This document shows positions 1 through 12,000 of a stretch of DNA of 64,000 nt, in pieces. Position 1 is the first letter of the stretch, and the number at the start of each line of letters is the position of its first letter. Position numbers and translations under genes: made by a program. The notes beneath the pieces are model-generated. The model searched no databases and was not told the DNA's origin. It was given only the letters and a program-made list of their open reading frames with translations. This stretch comes from Pelagomonas calceolata (taxonomy: Eukaryota): NCBI GenBank assembly GCA_918797485.1, contig CAKKNE010000006.1, forward strand, positions 1,302,001 to 1,366,000. Reading direction: 5' to 3'.

Positions 1-1050
1 GACGACACGTGGGAGTACCACACGACGCACAAGAAGTGGCGCTACCGAAGTCTCGGTTCCGTGAGGCCGTGCAAGCGCTTCCACGTGCAATATGCCTGGG
101 ACGCTTCTCACTTGTACTTGTTCGGCGGGACCGATGGCGGTCTCAGAGTGAACAAGGGCGAGAATTTTATTTTTGGCCCTAGAGCGGAGTTTAATGATTT
201 GTGGCGCTTGCAACTCAACGAAGAGTCGGCGCGGTGGGAAAAGCTCCACGGCGGCTCGGACGAGACCTACAACGCCGTCGAGGGGCAGGACGTGCCGCGG
301 AAGGCGCACATGGGCGGCTGCGCCTGCGCCGCCGGCAAAGTGTATACGTTTGGCGGGCTCTGTGGAGATGAGAGTGAAGAGCCGGACGGCCTCGAGGCGC
401 TGGGCGAATTGTGGGCTTGGAATATTGGGGAAGCCGCCTGGTCGCGCGCGAAAACGACGGGTTCGAAACCGGACGCGCGGTACGGGTGTGGCATGGTTTC
501 CGATGGGGATGGTTTTTTGCTGACGGGCGGACGAGTGAGGGATAAGGAGGACGAAGATGCCCGGAAATTGTTCGACGACCTCTGGCGGCTAGATTGTACG
601 ACGATGGCCTGGTCTTTATTACATAGAGACCCGCTCCTCAAGCGCGTCGACGCGGCGGTCTGCCGCGCCGGCAACCACCTCATCCTGTGGGGCGGGAACG
701 TCGCCGAGCAGCCGATCGCGGCGGAGGTCCCGTGCGACGGCGTTCTGTATGATGACCAATTCAGAGCGTGCGCGCCGCTACCCGTCAGACCGTGCGACGT
801 GCCTTCGGGCTTGACCGAGGCGCCGCCGTTCGGGCGGCTGCACGCGACGCTGGTCTCGATCCCGGACGGGGCGCGGCGCGTCCTGCTCTTATTCGGGGGC
901 GAGAGCGTGCACCCGCACATGTACCACGGGTCCGTCTACGAGGCGCGGCTCTTCCTGCCCGGGAGCAGCGAGGACCCGCCGGACCTCGGGGACCTGTCGC
1001 TCGCGCCCGCTCCCGCTCCCGCTCCCGCGCCGGCGCCGGCGCCCGCTTGA
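1..1050 (+). CDS. Kelch-repeat (beta-propeller) protein, 5'-truncated by the window edge
   Basis: Frame 1 is open from base 1. Repeated kelch signatures: LYLFGG, VYTFGG, LLTGG, LILWGG, LLLFGG, with DLW/ELW motifs. Ends in an (AP)n tail. Confidence 0.85.
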   Translation, partial: DDTWEYHTTHKKWRYRSLGSVRPCKRFHVQYAWDASHLYLFGGTDGGLRVNKGENFIFGPRAEFNDLWRLQLNEESARWEKLHGGSDETYNAVEGQDVPRKAHMGGCACAAGKVYTFGGLCGDESEEPDGLEALGELWAWNIGEAAWSRAKTTGSKPDARYGCGMVSDGDGFLLTGGRVRDKEDEDARKLFDDLWRLDCTTMAWSLLHRDPLLKRVDAAVCRAGNHLILWGGNVAEQPIAAEVPCDGVLYDDQFRACAPLPVRPCDVPSGLTEAPPFGRLHATLVSIPDGARRVLLLFGGESVHPHMYHGSVYEARLFLPGSSEDPPDLGDLSLAPAPAPAPAPAPAPA

Positions 1051-1120
1051 GAAAGTACCTTTGTAAATTCGCATTTCAGACACCTATCTACCGTGCGCTG
1101 CGGAAAACACGCGCTTGCTT

Positions 1121-1144
1121 GCTAGCGACTGTAAGACACTAGCA
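1121..1144 (+). repeat. Conserved intergenic motif copy (GCTAGCGACTGTAAGACACTAGCA)
   Basis: Matches the motif at 15845, 30165, 39823/39848, 46286, 53192 and 59800/59870. The 8-bp inverted flanks CTTGCTAG (1118-1125) and CTAGCAAG (1139-1146) surround it. It lies ~85 bp upstream of ATG 1230. Confidence 0.85.
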
Positions 1145-1229
1145 AGACTTCCGCTGTGCTCTGCAGACGCGTTGCGTGGCCGCACGGCTGCCCGCTGCCC
1201 ATCAGCTCTTCGTGGCAGCCCCAGGCGCG

Positions 1230-2774
1230 ATGCGGCGCCTGCCGCTCGCGTCGGTGCTGCTCACCGCCCACGCCTTACTGCTGCGCATCCAGTCACCTGA
1301 GGATAATGCCTGCGTGCCGTCGACGACAGCAGTAATAGTGGAGGTCCTCGTCGAGCATGATGATCCGGATGACGTCGCGGGGCAGCTGCGGGACGCGCGG
1401 ATCTGCGTCGCGGGATCTACGGACGCCGGAGTAATCACGAGGAGCTGCGCCGTGCCTGGCGGCGGCGAGGCGCATCTAGATTTGCCCAAGGGCACGACCG
1501 TGATGCTCGGAGCGACGATGGAGCTGCGCAACGCGACGCGCGCGACGACGCCGTCGACGACCCGCGTCTCCACAACTACGGACGACACGCACCTAACTTG
1601 TGAAGATGGCAGGGACCCCTTTCCTCTGACCGAAGCGACGCGACGAGCTCTACAACTCAAGGCCCAGGCGTCGGACCGCGGCGCGCTGGATATTAACTGG
1701 CCGCGGCCGTCGAGTCTGGTGCGGAGCCCGACCGTCGCCGTGTCCATCAATATTGCGTTTCCCAACGGCACGCTCGCGCGACCCGATGGCACGTCTTGCG
1801 TCACCATGCGGTCGCTTGATGATAGAGGGGACTTCGTCGAGTCCTGCGTCGAGGTCGCGGCGGAGACGGAGCACCTCGAGTTCCGCGTGCCCTGGGTCAC
1901 GAAGACGCGGATCGGTCTTGCTTTGTCCGTCGACGGGCGGACGTCGCTCCCTCTTGATTTGACTGTGGACCCAGCCATGCGACGACCACCGCTCCCCGAA
2001 AACTATGCGGAGGGCTACCCCGAGGGCTGGGTGTTGAAACCGCACGCATCCTTACATACACGCCAACTCGTGCTCGTCGTCTGTAGATACGGCGAGGACC
2101 TGGACTGGCTGCGGTACCAGCCGCACCCCGCTGTCGTCTACGAGAAGCACAGCGATCGCGTCGCCCAAGCGGGTCTGCACGGCGTGCCCCGGAACACGGC
2201 GAACGAGGCATCCGCGTTCCTGAAATTTATCGTGGACTACTACGATAATTTGCCGGAAGTCATGGTCTTCTTGCATGGCCACCGGTACGCCTACCACCAG
2301 GAGGACGTGCTGACGTTGCTCGACGCCATCGAGGACCCGTCGACGCTACCGGGCTACTGCAATTTGAACCTTGCTGTGTGGGGCCTGAAGGAGGACCCTT
2401 CTCGAAAGCCGCTCTACGAAGAACACAAAGCGTGGCTCGAGGCCTGGCTCGGGCCCCTGCCTCCGTTGTTACTAGATCGGTGCTGCGCGCAGTTTGTCGT
2501 GCGACGGGAGCGCGTCCTGCATCGACCCAAGGCCTTCTTCGAGGAGGCCTTGCAGCACGCGTACTACGACGTGGAGCCTTTACCGGAGGGTGATTCCGAG
2601 GCGAACCGGCGGTTGGGCCTGCTCTTCGAGTGGCTCTGGCACTACCTGTTTGGCGAACCGCCGGTCGCCGCGGAGCTCGGGGACTTCGTGGACGGGATCG
2701 ATACGACGCACCTCGTGTATCTGGCGGGGGCGCGGCGGCGGCCGAGTTGCGTGGCGGACGGCGCCGGGGCCTAA
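1230..2774 (+). CDS. Secreted DUF3431-domain protein (putative glycosyltransferase-like)
   Basis: Hydrophobic N-terminus MRRLPLASVLLTAHALLL. C-terminal motifs typical of DUF3431: VVCRYGEDLDWL, NEASAFLKFIVDYYDNLP..MVFLHGH, CCAQFVVRRERV..RP, FEWLWHYLFGEP. Confidence 0.8.
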   Translation: MRRLPLASVLLTAHALLLRIQSPEDNACVPSTTAVIVEVLVEHDDPDDVAGQLRDARICVAGSTDAGVITRSCAVPGGGEAHLDLPKGTTVMLGATMELRNATRATTPSTTRVSTTTDDTHLTCEDGRDPFPLTEATRRALQLKAQASDRGALDINWPRPSSLVRSPTVAVSINIAFPNGTLARPDGTSCVTMRSLDDRGDFVESCVEVAAETEHLEFRVPWVTKTRIGLALSVDGRTSLPLDLTVDPAMRRPPLPENYAEGYPEGWVLKPHASLHTRQLVLVVCRYGEDLDWLRYQPHPAVVYEKHSDRVAQAGLHGVPRNTANEASAFLKFIVDYYDNLPEVMVFLHGHRYAYHQEDVLTLLDAIEDPSTLPGYCNLNLAVWGLKEDPSRKPLYEEHKAWLEAWLGPLPPLLLDRCCAQFVVRRERVLHRPKAFFEEALQHAYYDVEPLPEGDSEANRRLGLLFEWLWHYLFGEPPVAAELGDFVDGIDTTHLVYLAGARRRPSCVADGAGA

Positions 2775-3031
2775 CTGTTGTTGTTGTGGCACAAACCGGC
2801 TCTTCAGGGGCTCGATGGGGATTCCTATTACGCTGCTAGGACTAGTGGGCGCCCCCAGCGCTCGTGCGGGTTGTGCTTTCTCAGCTGATGCCAGTGCGCC
2901 AGCCAGTGGTTTCATTGCCTGTTCATGCCACCCCAGAAAGTCAGAGGAGGCAGCCCAGGCAGCCTCTCTGCAGAACCGATGCCAGTGATGGCAGCCCGAA
3001 GCTAGCAAGGGCGAAGTAGCCCCCGGTAGAG

Positions 3032-6000
3032 ATGTGGACGCGCCTGCTCCTACTGCTGCCTGTCGTCACCGCCGCGCGGCGGCGGCGCCTCGGCGACGCG
3101 CTCGACATGGAACACCTCCGGCGCCTCGCCGACGACGGCCAGGTCGGCACGGAGCTTCGATTCAAGCTCGCCGCCGGGACCAGCGCCGCGCGGGCGGCGA
3201 AGGTCGCGGCCGCGGTGGACTGCTCGTCGGCGAAGCGCGTCTTCCGAAAGGCGGGCATACACGAAGACAAGCACGTCGCTGCTGGGCTCGATCGCTGGTA
3301 CAAGGTCAAGTGCTCCGGGGCGTCAAACGAGACCTGGTCGAAGCTCGACGCCTTCCTCGCCAAGGGCGACGCGAGCCACGACGGCGTCGAGTTCGTCGAG
3401 CCCGCGCTCGTGGTCAAAATGTCGCCGTGGGAGCCAAACGACCCGCATTTCTCGTTGCAGAGCCACTACTCCTCGATCGGGCTCGAGAATGCGTGGGAGC
3501 TCACGAAGGGCGACCCAAGCGTGGTCGTCCAGGTCATCGACTCGGGCCTCGACCTGGCCCACGAGGACCTCCAAAACAATATCTGGAAAAATGCGCAGAC
3601 GCACCCGGAGACGGGCGAGAGCGAATGGCCCGACAACTGCAACGACGGCCTCGACAACGACGGAAATGGTTTCATCGACGACTGCCACGGGTACAACCAT
3701 GCCGACAATCATGCTGGAGATGCGTCGAGCGGCAACTATCTGGGAGACGGCTCGCACGGGACGCACTGCGCAGGGACGATTGCCGCGGACAGCAACAACG
3801 GCGTCGGAGTCGCGGGCGTCGCGGGCGGCGACGGCTCTGTGGGCTCGGGCGCATCGCTCATGACGTCCGTAGTCTTTGGACAGACGAGCGTCAGTGGCTT
3901 CGCGGAGGCCCTAGCGTACGGCGCCGACAACGGCGCCCAGATCTCGAGCAACAGCTGGGGGTACACCGCGCCAGGCGTCTACGACCAAGTCATCTTGGAC
4001 GCCATCGACTACTACAACGACGTCGGCGGCATGGTCGTGTTTGCGGCGGGCAACGACGGCACCGACGAGGAGTGGTACCCGGCCTACCACGACGGAGCCG
4101 TGGCCGTCGCGGCCCTCGACGACGACGGGGCCCGCGCCGCCTTTACCTGCTACGGCGGCTGGATTGACATTAGTGCTCCTGGCGTCGACGTGGTCTCGAC
4201 CATCACCGTAAGCGATGGATCATACGGCTACATGAGCGGCACGTCGATGGCCTGCCCGCACGTTTCGGGCGTCCTGGCGCTCGGTCTCTCGTACCATCCG
4301 ACGGCAAGCAGAGACGAGCTGCTCGCCTGTGCCTATTCGACGGCGACGAACATCGACGCGCTGAACTCGGGGTACGAGGGGAAGCTCGGGGCGGGCAGGG
4401 TCGACGCCTTTGCATTCCTGGACTGCTTGGGCACGCGGGCGCCGACGCTCACGCCTGTGCCGTCGGCTTTGCCGACGCCCGAGCCATCGCCCGGGCCGAC
4501 GACGACGCTTGCGCCGACGGTGCTATGCGTCTGCGACCAGACGCTCGAGGTTGGCGTATTTACGGACAACTGGCCGGGCGAGACGACGTGGAAGGTGACC
4601 CTGGACGAAGATGCTCCCATAAACTGCGTCGATGGGTCGGCGGGCGGGCCGTACACGGAGACCTCGACACTGCACACGCATGCAATCACTGTCTGCACCG
4701 GCCAACGGTACCTCTTCGAGATCTTCGACTCGTACGGCGACGGCATTTGTTGCGGCGAAAATGGCGACGGATACTACTACCTGCAGCTAAACGGCGTCGA
4801 GATTAAGAGGGGTGGGGACTACGGGCCCGGCGACTCGCACGACTTCGTCGTTCCGTCGACGCGAGCGCCGACAGTTGTGCCGACGGCGACACCTGCGCCA
4901 ACGGCGACGCTTGCGCCGACGCCGCCGACGCCGACGTGTGGCACGCTCGACATGGGAAACCTCCGGCGCCTGGCCGACGAAGGCCAGGTGGGCACGGAGA
5001 TTCGCTTCAAGCTCGCCGCCGGGACCAGCGCCGCTCGGGCGGCGACGGTCGCGGCCGCGGTGGACTGCTCGTCGGCGAAGCGCGTCTTCCGCCCCGCTGG
5101 AAGGTATGAGGCCAAGCACCGCGCCGCCGGCCTCGATCGCTGGTGGACGGTGAAGTGCTCCGAGGCGAACGAGACCTGGTCGAAGCTCGACGCCTTCCTC
5201 GCCAAGGAGAGCCGCGACGGCATCGAGATCGTCGAGCCCGCGCTCGTGGTCAAGATGTCGTCGTGGGAGCCAAACGACCCGCTGTTCTCGTCGCAGAGCC
5301 ACTACTCCTCAATCGAGCTCGAGGCCGCGTGGGAGCTCACGAAGGGCGACCCAAGCGTGGTCGTCCAGGTCCTCGACACGGGCCTCGACCTGGACCACGA
5401 GGACCTCCAAAACAATATCTGGCAGAATCCGGGCGAAATCTGCGGCAACGGCGAGGACGACGATGATAACGGCTATGTCGACGACTGCCACGGGTACAAC
5501 CACGCCGACGGCACGGGAACCGACCTCTTGGGAGACGGCTCGCACGGCTCGCACTGCGCCGGAACAATCTCCGCGGACAGCAACAACGGCGTCGGAGTCG
5601 CGGGCGTCGCGGGCGGCGACGGTACTCCCGGCTCGGGCGCCTCGCTCATGATCTCAGTAGGCTTCGGATCGACCTTTACGGGCGGCTTTGCGGAGGCGTT
5701 GGTCTACGGCGCGGACAACGGAGCTCAGATCTCGTCGAACTCGTGGGGCTACACCTCGCCCGACGTGTGCGAGCAGGCCGTCATCGACGCCATCGACTAC
5801 TACAACGACGAAGGCGGCATAGTCGTGTTTGCGGCGGGCAACGACGATTCTGAAGCGTGCTACTACCCGGGCTGCTACGACGGCGTTGTTGGGGTCGCGG
5901 CACTCGATGATAATGGCGCGCGGGCATATTTCTCGAACTACGGCGGCACGGTTGATATAAGTGCCCCGGGGCATCCTGTACTCTCGACAGTCATCATGGG

Positions 6001-9000
6001 CGAGGGGTCAGTAGATTCGAACTACGACTCGTACAGCGGCACGTCCATGGCCTGCCCGCACGTCGCGGGCGTCCTGGCGCTCGGTCTTTCGTTGCAGACG
6101 ACGGCAAGCAGGAACGAGCTGCTCGACTGTGCCTATTCAACGGCGACGAACATCGACGCGCTGAACCCGGGCTACGTGGGAAAATTAGGGGCGGGCAGGA
6201 TCGACGCCTTTGCATTCCTGGACTGCTTGGGCACACGGGCGCCGACGCTCACGCCTGTACCGTCGGCTTTGCCGACGCCCGCGCCGTCACCTATACCGAC
6301 GACGACGCCTGCGCCGACAGTGCCATGCGTCTGCGACCAGACGCTTGTGGTTGGCGTCTACACGGACGACTGGCCGGGAGAAACGACCTGGTCCTTGACC
6401 ATGGACGACGCCGCGCCCGAAAACTGCGTGGACGGGTCGATGACCGACGGCCCGTACGCCGCGAATGGGACCCTTTACTCGAAAGAGACCGCCGTCTGCG
6501 TGGGCGTGACGTACACCTTCCACATCTTCGACTCGTACGGCGACGGCATCTGCTGCGCGTACGGAGAAGGCTACTACTACCTGCAGCTCAACGGCGTCGA
6601 GATGGTCCGCGGCGGCGAGTTCGGCGGGCTCGAGACCTACGTGTTCACGCCGACGGCGACGCATGGCGGCGTCGACTCGTACTCGTACTCGTACTCGTAC
6701 CCGGACTCGGACTCGTGTGCCGTCGGCTACGTAGCCGACTGCTCGGGCGACGGCGACTGCTGCCTGGAGAGTTGGATCGGCGACGAAATTTGCGACGGCG
6801 TGGACCAAGTAGATGGTTGCGACCTGAGCTGTTTCGACAACGACGGCGGCGACTGCGACGGCGACGACAACTGGGACGACGAGAGCCCCGACTACTCGTA
6901 CTCCTACTCTTACTCTGATAACTGGGACGACAAGTGCCTCGGACAGACGGCGTGCTACCCCGACGGCAGCCCATGCGCAACAGGCGAGTTTTGCAACTTT
7001 GACCATGGTAGCTCCGGATTCTGTGAGCCGTGCTCGTCCTTTAGCGAACCTACCGCTTGCTTTGATGATGGTCTACCGAGCGACGGCGCGGCAGATTGCC
7101 ACGCGTGCTGCTTCCAAGGCTCGTACTCGTACTCGTACTCGCCAACAACATATGCGCCAACTGCAGTGGAAACATATCTTCCAACAAACTACGAACACTC
7201 GTACTCGTACTCGTACTCGTACTCGTCGGGACCGACACCGACGTGTGGCGCCGGCCAAGTAGCCGACTGCTCGGGCGACGGCGACTGCTGCCCGGAGAGT
7301 TGGATCGGCGACGACTTGTGCGATGGCGAGGACCAGGAATGGGGTTGCGACCTGAGCTGTTTCGACAACGACGGCGGCGACTGCGACGGCGACGACAACT
7401 GGGACGACGAGAGCCCCGACTACTCGTACTCCTACTCTTACTCTGATAACTGGGACGACAAGTGCCTCGGACAGACGGCGTGCTACCCCGACGGCAGCCC
7501 ATGCGCAACAGGCGAGTTTTGCAACTTTGACCATGGTAGCTCCGGATTCTGTGAGCCGTGCTCGTCCTTTAGCGAACCTACCGCTTGCTTTGATGATGGT
7601 CTACCGAGCGACGGCGCGGCAGATTGCCACGCGTGCTGCTTCCAAGGCTCGTACTCGTACTCGTACTCGCCAACCGCCATGCGCCAACTGCAGTGGAAAC
7701 ATATCTTCCAACAAACTACGAACACTCGTACTCGTACTCGTACTCGTACTCGTCGGGACCGACACCGACGTGTGGCGCCGGCCAAGTAGCCGACTGCTCG
7801 GGCGACGGCGACTGCTGCCCGGAGAGTTGGATCGGCGACGACTTGTGCGATGGTGAGGACCAGGAATGGGGTTGCGACCTGAGCTGTTTCGACAACGACG
7901 GCGGCGACTGCGACGGCGACGACAACTGGGACGACGAGAGCCCCGACTACTCGTACTCGTACTCGTACAGCCACAAGCATGGCGGCGTCGACTCGTACTC
8001 CTACTCCTACTCCTACTCCTACTCGTCGGGACCGACGCCGACGTGTGACGTCGGCTACGTAGCGGACTGCTCGGGCGACGGCGACTGCTGCCTGCAGAGT
8101 TGGATTGGCGACGGCCGGTGCGATGGCGAGGACCAAAGGTGGCATTGCGACTTGACTTGCTATGCTAACGACGGCGGGGACTGCGACGGCGACGACAACT
8201 GGGACGACGAGAGCCCCGACTACTCGTACTCGTACTCATACAGCCACAAGCATGTCGGCGTAGACTCGTACTCGTACTCGTACTCGTACTCGTACTTGTA
8301 CTTGTGTGCCGTCGGCTACGTAGCCGACTGCTCGGGCGACGGCGACTGCTGCCTGGAGAGTTGGATCGGCGACGAAATTTGCGACGGCGTGGACCAAGTA
8401 GATGGTTGCGACCTGAGCTGTTTCGACAACGACGGCGGCGACTGCGACCCGAAAAAATCTGAATCCTACTCGTACTCGTACTCGTACTCCTACTCGTACT
8501 CGCATCATCCACACTGCTGCGTCGAGCACGCATTCCACGCCACCGGCGAGGTGGCCTCAACGACGTGCTTTGGGGGCCGCTCGCCGTGGGAGGCCTCCAC
8601 GATGAGCGACCTATGCACGGCAGGACACTCCGACGCCGGCGCGGCGGCGCCCCTCTTCCGCGATTGCTCCCAGGAGGCGATCGACGCGGGGAACTGCGGC
8701 TCGGCAGACTGGGACACCTGCGCGGAATGCGCCGACTTTGGCATTCCCATAGGCATGTTTTTCGCTAACGTCGGCTACACGTCGTGTCCGGACTGGGTGG
8801 TAGACGCCGCCCGTGAAGAGGCCGCCGAGGGTGGGCAGTGCGCGCCGTGGTTCGAGTACGAGGAAGAGGGCGACGACGACTGCACCCCGGGCTGGCACTC
8901 CATAAATTGTCTGGACGGGACGGTGATGTACGGCGAGGGCTGCGCCTCGTGCGGCGACTGCGATCTGCAAAACTTCACGGCGGCCACGGGCGGCCTAATC

Positions 9001-12000
9001 ACGTGCAAACGAGACGGTTCGTACTCGTACTCGTATAGCTACGGTCGCGACCACCCAGCGACCTATTTCATCGGCGGCGTCGAGTTTTCGGTTCCAGGGG
9101 AGTGCTGGTACGACGACTGCGGCGTCTGCACCCCGGGCTGGGAGGTCCTCGAGTGCCGCGACGATGGCACGCATGGCACGCCGATGCGCGGGGTTGGCTG
9201 CGCCGCGTGCGATGCGACGGCCTGCGCGCTGCACGATGCGACGTTCGACTTCGGTGGCCGCATGACCTGCGAGCCCGGCACGTCGCCTATCGTCTATTAT
9301 CACGACTACGACGACGACGGCAGCGTCGACTACGAGGGGACGGTCGAGCCGTGCTCCTACACGGACTGCGGCGACGGGGGGATCGGCTCGTACTCCTACT
9401 CGCACTCGTACAGCTACAAGCACGGCGTCGACTGGACGGCAGCACCTTCGCCGCGGCCGACATCCACGCCCAGCGCGCGCCCGTCGCCGCGGCCGACACC
9501 ATCGCCGTCGCCGCACCCGACCCCAAGACCTTCGCCGGACCCGACGCCGGAGCCTGGCGATCCTACGGCAGCACCAGTCTTCGCGCCAACGCATAAGCCG
9601 ACTCCGCGGCCTTCGTCTAGGCCAACGCAGTCTCCGACGCGCTGGCCGACGGTTCATCCGTCGCCAGGGCCGACCTCACGGCCGACGTGGGTGCCCTGGC
9701 CGCGGCCAAGCGCAAAGCCCACGTCATCGCCGACGTCGTGGCCCACGCACCGACCGACTTTGCGGCCAAGCCAATGGCCGACGCCCCGGCCCTCGCACGC
9801 TCCGACGGCGCAGCCGAGCCCAAAACCGACGTCGTCGCCGACCTCGTGGCCATCGCACCGACCAACCTTGCGGCCAAGCCAATGGCCGACGCCCCGGCCC
9901 TCGCGCGCTCCGACGCCGCGGCCGACAGCCAGGCCCTCGTCGGCGCCCTCGCACGCTCCGAAGCCGGCGCCTACGCCTCTACCGACGCCTCGGCCCTCGC
10001 CGGAGCCATCCCTAAAACCAACCCGAGTTCCCACGCCAAAACCGACGCCCTCGCCGACGGCGACGCCCGGAGACCCCACGGCGGCTCCCGTATTTTCGCC
10101 GACGCCGCGGCCCTCTTCGCAGCCGAGTTCGAAGCCGACAAAAGTGCCGACGCCCGCACCGTCGGCCCGACCCACACCGCTGCCGACGCCCCGCCCGACC
10201 CCGAGTCCCTCTCCGGAGCCGTCGAGTAAGCCGACACCCGCCCCGACGACGGCACTCCCGACGACGGCGCTCCCGTCGCCCGCGCCCACGAGCGTGCCCA
10301 CGATCTCGTCGCCGCCGTCGGCAGTACCTACAACAGCACCGACGACCATAAATTACCGCCTCGCGGACTTCTCGGCGACGGCGCCCGCGGAGCTGGCCGA
10401 GGCGGCCTTTACGGGGACGGGTCTCAAAGTAGAGCATCTGGTCGTCAATCTGACGGTCCCGGCGACCGAGCCTGTGAAGGTGACGCTGCGCGGCGGCGGT
10501 CAGAGCGCGAGTGCCCTCCGCTTCTACGACGAGGACCCGGCCAACCCGGGCTACGCGCTCACGTCGGACGCCGGAAGCGCCTCCGTCGCGAGGTGGATCC
10601 CCGCCGGCGACACCAATCTTACGGTCGCCGCCGGCGCGCTCCGGGACCGAGTCAACAACGGCCACAGCGTCGTGCAGACCATCACGGTCTCTCTTGATTC
10701 GGACGATCCGATCTACGGCCGCGAGCGGAACTTTGTCGGGTCGTTCGCAGTGACGGTGCTGGACGTCGACGAGTCGCTGATCGCGGTGAAAAAATTCCTG
10801 GCGACGACGGACCCCGTCACGTCCGGCGCCATAACGGCGGAAGCAAAGGAGAACGCCGCGACCTTCGTCTTCACGGCGGCGCTGACGAGCCTACCGTTTT
10901 CCGCCGTGCGCCTCGAGGTCGAAGGCGACGTCGACGCGTTCGAGAGTATCTCCGTCGACGGTGCCGATGCAACGAACCGCACCATCGAGCCCGCCGACTG
11001 GGCCTCACTCGCGACGTACACGTTCCGCGTTGCCGACGACACCGTGCTCTCCGGCGACCGCGACTACTCCGTCTGGTTCGTGGCGCGCTCGGACGATGCT
11101 AATTATGACAGTCGACGCTCGGCTACGATGACGTGCCAAGTCATCGAGGACGACGTCGCCTTCGCCACCGTGAGCGGCAAGGCGCTGACGGTCGGGGCCG
11201 GCATCGACGGCCCGACGTTCGGCGACGGCTACTGGATCACGCTCTCTGCGCCGCCGACGGCCAACGTCGTCGTGTCGCTCGACTGCGCCGACACGAACGT
11301 GTTCTACACGAAGCGGCTCCTGTTTACGCCGGACAACTGGGATCGGAAGTACGTGGCCGTCAACGCCTCTCTCGCAGACCCAGACGTCCTGGAGGGTAGG
11401 ACGGCCACACTCACGCATTCCGTCGCCTCGGCCGACGCCTTCTTCGACGGCCTCGCCGTCTCCGACGTCGAGATCGCCGTCGAATTCTCTGTGGATAGTG
11501 TGCCGCCGCCCAAGCTGGAACTCGTCCGCTTCTTGGACGGCGGCAACGGCCTCGACGTGCTCTTCGACAGCCCGACGAACATGATCGACGGCGAGTGGGA
11601 TATTGATTGCGCCACGCTCTTCGAGTACGCGGCGCAGCAATTCGGCGCAGACGGTACGTGCTCCTGGACGAACTCGAGCGCGCTGCGCGTAACGTTCGGC
11701 GCGGGCGCCCAGATCGTCCCGTTCGACTACGTGGCCGCGACGACCCTCAACAGCGCGTGGCTCAAGGGCGGCGTGCTGAAGAACGACCTCGACGGCGCGA
11801 CGCTCACGAGCGCCGCCCAGTACGCTGAGGCCCAGAAGCCGCTGCATCCCGTGGCGCCGGCGATCTCGATCACGGCACCGGAGAGCGTCGGCGTCTGCGA
11901 CGGCGTCGTCCTCGACGCGCGCGGCGCCACGGGCGGCGGCTCGAGAGCTCTGACGTACAACTGGGGCATGCTGACGAGCTGGGACGCCGAGACGGACGCC

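Noticed and set aside
6660..8500. Regular repeats as a possible CRISPR array or satellite
   Set aside because: They are in-frame coding repeats of the giant secreted protein.
9440..10350. Pro/Thr/Ser-rich repeats as a separate element
   Set aside because: Ordinary low-complexity PT stalk within the CDS.
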